In this document: positions 58,948 through 64,000 of the stretch, piece by piece
Position numbering within the stretch: position 1 is the stretch's first letter
How the letters are laid out: the number at the start of each line of letters is the position of its first letter
Assembly (NCBI GenBank): GCA_947259195.1
Contig: CAMYLC010000021.1
Span: 34,148 to 98,147 of the forward strand
DNA: 64,000 nt
DNA from: Thermoanaerobaculia bacterium
GTDB lineage: Bacteria > Acidobacteriota > Thermoanaerobaculia > Multivoradales > JAHEKO01
Direction: 5' to 3'
Notes under the pieces: generated by a model
What the model saw: the letters and a program-made list of their open reading frames with translations, nothing else
The model's database searches: none
What the model was told of the DNA's origin: nothing
Position numbers and translations under genes: made by a program

Positions 58948-60405
58948 TTGCTGCATCCTTGGACTTCGGTGCGAAACGCAGAGATCTTGAGGCAGTTCTT
59001 GCGACCTGCGACATTGGGGGTGTTGGCAGCCATGGGGCTTGCGGCCGCTGGCTGGTCGTGCCGGAGATCCGTCGATCCGCAACGACCCAATCTCGTTCTG
59101 GTCTCGATAGACACGCTGAGGGCGGATCATCTGACAGCCTACGGATACGAACGCTCCACCAGCCCTGAGATCAGTCGGTTGGCGAGTGAGGGAATCCTTT
59201 TCGAACAGGCATTCAGCCAGTCTCCCAAGACGGCTACGTCTCATATGTCGTTGTTCACGGGTGTCTACCCTCCGGCTCATCGGGTGGCCAACTGGGGTGA
59301 GCGCCAGGTGCGCCGTCTGTCGGACGACGTTCCGACTCTGGCAACGCTGCTGGCCCGGTCGGGTTACAGGACGGAAGCCCACACTGAAGGCGGAAACGTC
59401 AGCGCCCGCCTGGGCTTCGATCAGGGGTTCGAGGTTTACCAGGAGCACCGAGGTGCAGAGCCTGTTTTTGAAGGGGCTAGCAGGGCCCTCGATCGATTTG
59501 TCCAGGATGAGAATGGCGGGCACACCCCCTTCTTCTTGTTCATCCACACCTTCGAGGTGCACGACCCTTATGTTCCTCCCGCTGAGTTCGCTGACCGATT
59601 CGTCGAGCCCTCCTACTCGGGAGACATCGTTGGGTCGCAAGAGGAGCTCGAGAGCCTGGCGGGTGGAGGTAGCTACTGGGCGCGGAACGCGGTGTACTGG
59701 AATCGAGTAGACCGCAACGACCCGGCCGATATTCAGCACTTGAAGGATCTCTACGACGCGGAGATCCTCTTCACGGACTCCCAATTAGCCGCCTTCAGGG
59801 AACACCTTCGCAGGCTCGATCTCGAGGATGAGACGATTCTTGTGGTCCTTTCGGATCACGGTGAGGAGTTTCTCGAGCATGGCGGTTTTCTCCACAACGC
59901 CCTGTTTCAGGAGATCCTGCACGTCCCGCTGATTTTCCGATTCCCGGCCAACCTTGGACTCGCCTCCGGACGCCGTATCCAGAGCGTCGTCCGACTGGTC
60001 GACGTGGTGCCGACCCTCCTGGAGGTGCTTGAGCTTCCGGCCCCGGAGCACATCCAGGGAGAGTCGCTGCTGCCCCTCGTCGAGGGAGATGAGACCCTTG
60101 CCAGACCGGTCTTCAGCCAATGGCTGGCTGCCGGCAGAATCGTCGCCCTGCGCGACGGCGAGTGGAAGTACATCCGAGTCAAACGCAAGGAGCAGCTCTT
60201 CGACCTCTCGTCGGATCCCAGCGAGTCGGTGGATCTCCTCTCGGCGCGCCAGGAGGTGTTGGCCAGGCTTCAGGCGCGGGTGGATGAGATCATCGGGGAC
60301 AGCTACGCCTTCGCCGAGACCCGGACGACGGCTCGACCGCCTAGGCTCGATCAGGAGACGCGTGAACAGCTGGAAGCGCTGGGCTACCTGGGTGTGGACC
60401 CATGA
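58948..60405 (+). CDS. Sulfatase-family (alkaline phosphatase superfamily) lipoprotein
   Basis: AGWS-C; PNLVLVSIDTLRADHL, TATSHMSLFTG, HDPY, SDHGE, HVPLI, LEALGY. Start may lie further downstream. Confidence 0.88.
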   Translation: MLHPWTSVRNAEILRQFLRPATLGVLAAMGLAAAGWSCRRSVDPQRPNLVLVSIDTLRADHLTAYGYERSTSPEISRLASEGILFEQAFSQSPKTATSHMSLFTGVYPPAHRVANWGERQVRRLSDDVPTLATLLARSGYRTEAHTEGGNVSARLGFDQGFEVYQEHRGAEPVFEGASRALDRFVQDENGGHTPFFLFIHTFEVHDPYVPPAEFADRFVEPSYSGDIVGSQEELESLAGGGSYWARNAVYWNRVDRNDPADIQHLKDLYDAEILFTDSQLAAFREHLRRLDLEDETILVVLSDHGEEFLEHGGFLHNALFQEILHVPLIFRFPANLGLASGRRIQSVVRLVDVVPTLLEVLELPAPEHIQGESLLPLVEGDETLARPVFSQWLAAGRIVALRDGEWKYIRVKRKEQLFDLSSDPSESVDLLSARQEVLARLQARVDEIIGDSYAFAETRTTARPPRLDQETREQLEALGYLGVDP

Positions 60406-60436
60406 GGTATGGGCTGGTTGGACTCGGATCGAGAGC

Positions 60437-61885
60437 TCAATGAGCTCCCTTACCACTCAAGACGACAGGGATGGTCTTGAGAAGAATTTTGATGTCGAGC
60501 AGAGGCGACCAGCTATCGATATATTCCAGGTCAAGCTCGATCCAGCGGTCAAAATCGAGCTCGTTGCGGCCCTGGACCTGCCATAGGCAGGTCAGGCCGG
60601 GGCGCATAGATAGGCGGCGGCGCTGCCACCGCTGATACTGGGAAACCTCCTGGGGCACTGGCGGTCGGGGACCTACAAGGCTCATATCGCCTTTGAAGAC
60701 GTTCCACAATTGAGGTAGCTCGTCGAGGCTGAATTGACGTAGCCAACGGCCGACGGGGGTGACGCGAGGGTCTCGCTTGACCTTGAATACCGGCCCGCTC
60801 ATTTCGTTCAGATGGGCGATGGCGTGCCGTTGGCTCTCGGCATCCTCGACCATGGTGCGGAACTTGTAGAGGGTGAATCGCCGGCCATTGAGACCGCACC
60901 GGGTCTGCGTGAACAGCACTCGACCGCCGCCGGCGAGCTTGAGTAGTCCGGCTATCAAAAGCATTGCGGGCAGCGCCACCGTCAGCAGCAGGGCGGAGAC
61001 CGAAACATCCAGGAGCCGCTTTGTCAGCAGTTGCAGCTCGCTGGCTGGAGTGTAGTCGTAGGTCAGGACGGGTAGATTGTCGAGTGCCCCGATTTCGACG
61101 GTGGCTTTGGTGTGGGGCAAGAAGCTGAGGGCCAGCCTGGAGCGCACCCCCTGCTCTTCGAGGTCCAGCAACAGGCCCTCGAGTTGCGCCGGGTGGGGGT
61201 GATCGAGAGCGAAGATGACCTCGTCGACGACATTCTGCTCGACCAGCTCTGGGAGCTCGTCCATGGTCCCGATCAACGGATGCTGAAGGCCATCGAGCTC
61301 GGTTGTGCCTCGGATTTCGGCCACCAGTCCCAGTATTTTGATACCCCAGTAGCTGTGCTGCTCGACCGATTCGGTGATCCTGGCGGCAGTAACACCGGTA
61401 CCGACGATGAGGACGGTGCGGTAGTTGTAGCCGCGCTCACGCGCATACCGCGCCAGCAGCCGGACCGTCATCATTCGGGACAGCAGGAAGAAGGTGGCCA
61501 GCACGAACAGCAGAAAGATCCAGAGCCGGCTGATTTTGTCGCCACCCAGCAGTCGGTCATCGAGACGCAGGGCATAGATGATCACCACCAGTAGCACGGC
61601 GGAGGCGATCGAGATGCGAAGAATGTCTCGAGCTTCCTTGTTCAGAAGAACAGTTCGCTGGGAACCATAGAGCTTCGAGCGGTACAGTAGGACCCACCAG
61701 ATTGCCAGGGTAATCGGCAACAGCGGAAGGTACCGCTCCAGTGGGTAGAGGGTGGTGGGTGAGAGACCCCAAGATGGAAAGACCCTGCTTCGCAGCCAGA
61801 AGGCCAGCAAGAAGGCTAGAGTCACGAGGAGCAGATCGAGAGCAAGGACGCTACCTGCGACGATTCGGGCCCGTTCCTTCAGCAT
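60437..61885 (-). CDS. Polyprenyl glycosylphosphotransferase (WcaJ/WbaP-like priming sugar transferase)
   Basis: N-terminal TMs, LIVGTG, KRLLD, KFRTM, DPRVT, SLDELPQLWNV..GDMSLVGPRP, PGLT. Confidence 0.95.
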   Translation of the reverse strand: MLKERARIVAGSVLALDLLLVTLAFLLAFWLRSRVFPSWGLSPTTLYPLERYLPLLPITLAIWWVLLYRSKLYGSQRTVLLNKEARDILRISIASAVLLVVIIYALRLDDRLLGGDKISRLWIFLLFVLATFFLLSRMMTVRLLARYARERGYNYRTVLIVGTGVTAARITESVEQHSYWGIKILGLVAEIRGTTELDGLQHPLIGTMDELPELVEQNVVDEVIFALDHPHPAQLEGLLLDLEEQGVRSRLALSFLPHTKATVEIGALDNLPVLTYDYTPASELQLLTKRLLDVSVSALLLTVALPAMLLIAGLLKLAGGGRVLFTQTRCGLNGRRFTLYKFRTMVEDAESQRHAIAHLNEMSGPVFKVKRDPRVTPVGRWLRQFSLDELPQLWNVFKGDMSLVGPRPPVPQEVSQYQRWQRRRLSMRPGLTCLWQVQGRNELDFDRWIELDLEYIDSWSPLLDIKILLKTIPVVLSGKGAH

Positions 61886-61931
61886 TGCATTCTCTGCTTT
61901 GCCAGCTATCTAGGGATTCAACTCCATCGAT

Positions 61932-61977
61932 ATTCTATGGGATGTCCTGGCTCGATTCCATGGGATGTCCCGGCTCG
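61932..61977. repeat. 23-bp tandem direct repeat (2 copies) in a divergent promoter region
   Basis: attctatgggatgtcctggctcg / attccatgggatgtcccggctcg (2 mismatches). Confidence 0.75.
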
Positions 61978-62097
61978 GAGAGTGGAACTTGTCACAGGAT
62001 CATGATCAGGCGGGCCTGCCTCTATAATCAGAGGTAGATACTCAAGAGAGTGACCGCACCTGTGGCGGCTGCCATGAAGAGCTCGAGGAGGGCAAGG

Positions 62098-62535
62098 ATG
62101 GAGGGTTCCAGGAAGGAAATTTCTGCTAGCGACAGGCGTCCATCGGTCAAGCGGGTGGAGTCCATCGCCCGCCAGTCGGTGGCGGCCGGTTCCAGGACCG
62201 AGATGCAGGTCCTACTGGGTCCGGATGACGGCGCTCCCAACTTCAACCTGCGGCGCTTCATCATGGGTGAGGGCGGTGGAATGCCACTGCACAGAAACCA
62301 GGTGGAGCATGAACAGTACGTGTTGTGCGGCAGGGCCAGGGTGGGTATCGGCGACGAGGTCCACGAGGTGGCGGCCGATCAGGTCCTCTACATCCCTGCC
62401 GGAGTGCCGCACCACTACGAGGTTCTGGAAGCCCCCTTCGAATTCCTGTGCATCGTTCCGCAGGCGGTCGACCGGATCGAGATCGTCGAAAAGCGAGACG
62501 AAAATGGTGGCCAGCCGACCGGGAGGCCCGATTGA
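62098..62535 (+). CDS. Cupin domain protein
   Basis: APNFNLRRF, MPLHRNQVEHEQYV, YIPAGVPHHY; RBS GAGGAG. Confidence 0.88.
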   Translation: MEGSRKEISASDRRPSVKRVESIARQSVAAGSRTEMQVLLGPDDGAPNFNLRRFIMGEGGGMPLHRNQVEHEQYVLCGRARVGIGDEVHEVAADQVLYIPAGVPHHYEVLEAPFEFLCIVPQAVDRIEIVEKRDENGGQPTGRPD

Positions 62536-63821
62536 CCACGACCAGCGGTACTGACAATCGGGTGGTCGGGTCGTGGGCGCTCTACGACTTCGCCAACTCA
62601 CCCTTCACCACCCTGGTGGTGACTTTCATCTACGCGGCCTATTTCACCCAGGCGATCGCCCCGGATGCGATTCGCGGCACAGCGCTGTGGTCTCGGGGAG
62701 TGACAATCTCGGCGCTCCTGGTGGCTCTCCTGTCGCCGATTCTCGGCGCCCTGGCCGATCGGGGAGGCTATCGTAAGGCATTCCTGATCCTGGCCACCGG
62801 AGTCTGCATCGTCGGCACGGTGGCCCTCTATTGGGCTTTGCCTGGACAGACACTCAGGGCCTTGACTTGGTTCGTGATCGCCAATGTCAGTTTCGAGATG
62901 GGCATGGTGTTCTACAACGCTTTTCTGCCCGACATCGCTCCGCCCGAGCGGATTGGCAGAATCTCTGGCTTCGGCTGGGGGCTCGGGTACGTCGGCGGGT
63001 TGATCGCCCTGGCTTTCGCGCTGTTCACCCTTGTGGGACCAGAAGTCCCCTGGTTCGGATTCTCCAAGGAAGGGGGAGAGAACATCCGAGCCACCAATCT
63101 CCTCGTCGCCGTCTGGTTCGCCGTCTTCAGCCTTCCGATGTTCCTCTGGGTCAAAGAGGACCGCTCGCAGATCAGTGCCCCGGGTCAGATTCTGGCTCAG
63201 ACATGGCGCCAGCTGGCGGCAACCTTCAAGGAGATTCGTGACTACAGACAGATCATCCGATTCCTCCTAGCCCGTTTGCTGTACAACGATGGTCTGGTGA
63301 CGGTGTTCGCCTTCGGCGGGATCTATGCCGCCGGCACGTTCGGATTCGACATGCAGGAAATGCTCATATTCGGCATCGTTCTCAACTTGACGGCCGGGTT
63401 GGGCGCTTTCGTCCTTGGCTTTCTGGACGACCTGCTCGGCGGCAAGAGGACTCTTCAGATCTCAGTGATCGGTCTCATTGTCGCTACAGGTTTGGCGGTG
63501 TGGGCTCCGAACCGCACCTGGTTCTGGGTGGCAGGAATCCTGCTCGGCATCTTCGCCGGACCCAATCAATCGGCAAGTCGCTCGCTGATGGGACGCTTCG
63601 TCCCGCCGGACAAGGAGAACGAGTTTTTCGGATTCTTCGCGTTTTCGGGCAAGTTCACGGCCTTCCTCGGGCCTTTTCTGCTCGGGGTATTGACGCAGGC
63701 CTTCAACAATCAGCGGGCTGGGATTGCCGTGGTCCTGGTGCTCTTCGTGCTGGGCCTCGCTCTGCTGGCCAGCGTCGACGAAGAGGAGGGCGTGGCGGCT
63801 GCGGGCCGCAGCGCGGTGTAG
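62532..63821 (+). CDS. MFS transporter (UMF1/Atg22-like)
   Basis: WALYDFANS, SPILGALAD, FYNAFLP, GWGLGYVGG, YNDG, QSASRS; TTG overlaps the cupin stop. Confidence 0.9.
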   Translation: MTTTSGTDNRVVGSWALYDFANSPFTTLVVTFIYAAYFTQAIAPDAIRGTALWSRGVTISALLVALLSPILGALADRGGYRKAFLILATGVCIVGTVALYWALPGQTLRALTWFVIANVSFEMGMVFYNAFLPDIAPPERIGRISGFGWGLGYVGGLIALAFALFTLVGPEVPWFGFSKEGGENIRATNLLVAVWFAVFSLPMFLWVKEDRSQISAPGQILAQTWRQLAATFKEIRDYRQIIRFLLARLLYNDGLVTVFAFGGIYAAGTFGFDMQEMLIFGIVLNLTAGLGAFVLGFLDDLLGGKRTLQISVIGLIVATGLAVWAPNRTWFWVAGILLGIFAGPNQSASRSLMGRFVPPDKENEFFGFFAFSGKFTAFLGPFLLGVLTQAFNNQRAGIAVVLVLFVLGLALLASVDEEEGVAAAGRSAV

Positions 63822-63823
63822 AT

Positions 63824-64000
63824 ATGTGGCTGCTACCCGTCTTTGCGGGTATCTGCAACACCGCTGTGCGGTTGTTCTACCGATTCGAGGTACAGGGCTC
63901 CGCTCCGCCCGGCAGCGGACCGCTCCTGCTGCTGGCCAACCATCCCAATTCCCTGGTGGATCCGGCCCTGGTGACAGCCGCCGCGGGTCGGCCGGTGCGG
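63824..64000 (+). CDS. PlsC-family acyltransferase (3'-partial)
   Basis: MWLLPVF...GPLLLLANHPNSLVD (HxxxxD); open to the window end. Confidence 0.8.
   Translation, partial: MWLLPVFAGICNTAVRLFYRFEVQGSAPPGSGPLLLLANHPNSLVDPALVTAAAGRPVR

Overview
GC-rich bacterial window; the gene content (kinase-TolB_N-TPR receptors, VWA/Ig proteins, hopanoids, LpxL) suggests an Acidobacteriota genome, possibly Thermoanaerobaculia-like (inference). Main blocks: (1) 3' part of a tricorn-like S41 protease and a ychF with an internal deletion; (2) a ~15 kb triterpenoid cluster: shc-hpnH-hpnA-hpnG, an alkaline-phosphatase-superfamily gene, polyprenyl synthase, IDI-2, class I HMG-CoA reductase, mevalonate kinase, a GHMP decarboxylase, isopentenyl phosphate kinase and a single-enzyme squalene synthase. 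This is an apparent haloarchaeal/Chloroflexi-type mevalonate route, although the MEP gene ispG is also in the window; (3) signalling genes, including two Hanks-type kinases; (4) the best candidate for an undescribed system (34.4-43.9 kb): two tandem NTT/TLC ATP-ADP-translocase-HEAT paralogs and a stand-alone cNMP-binding gene, flanked by three signal-peptide-bearing PI4K/Fam20-like kinase-fold genes, with a fourth paralog at 20.2 kb and a DUF2252 kinase-fold lipoprotein at 27.6 kb. This suggests ATP export that fuels extracytoplasmic phosphorylation (hypothesis); (5) housekeeping and envelope genes (UbiD, PilZ, ispG, VWA, TerB, LpxL, Tat-exported Mo-hydroxylase, sulfatase-like, WcaJ-like, cupin, MFS). 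Several decayed genes and small repeats are present. No rRNA, tRNA, CRISPR array or transposase was recognised. All family calls come from motif recognition by eye, not database searches.
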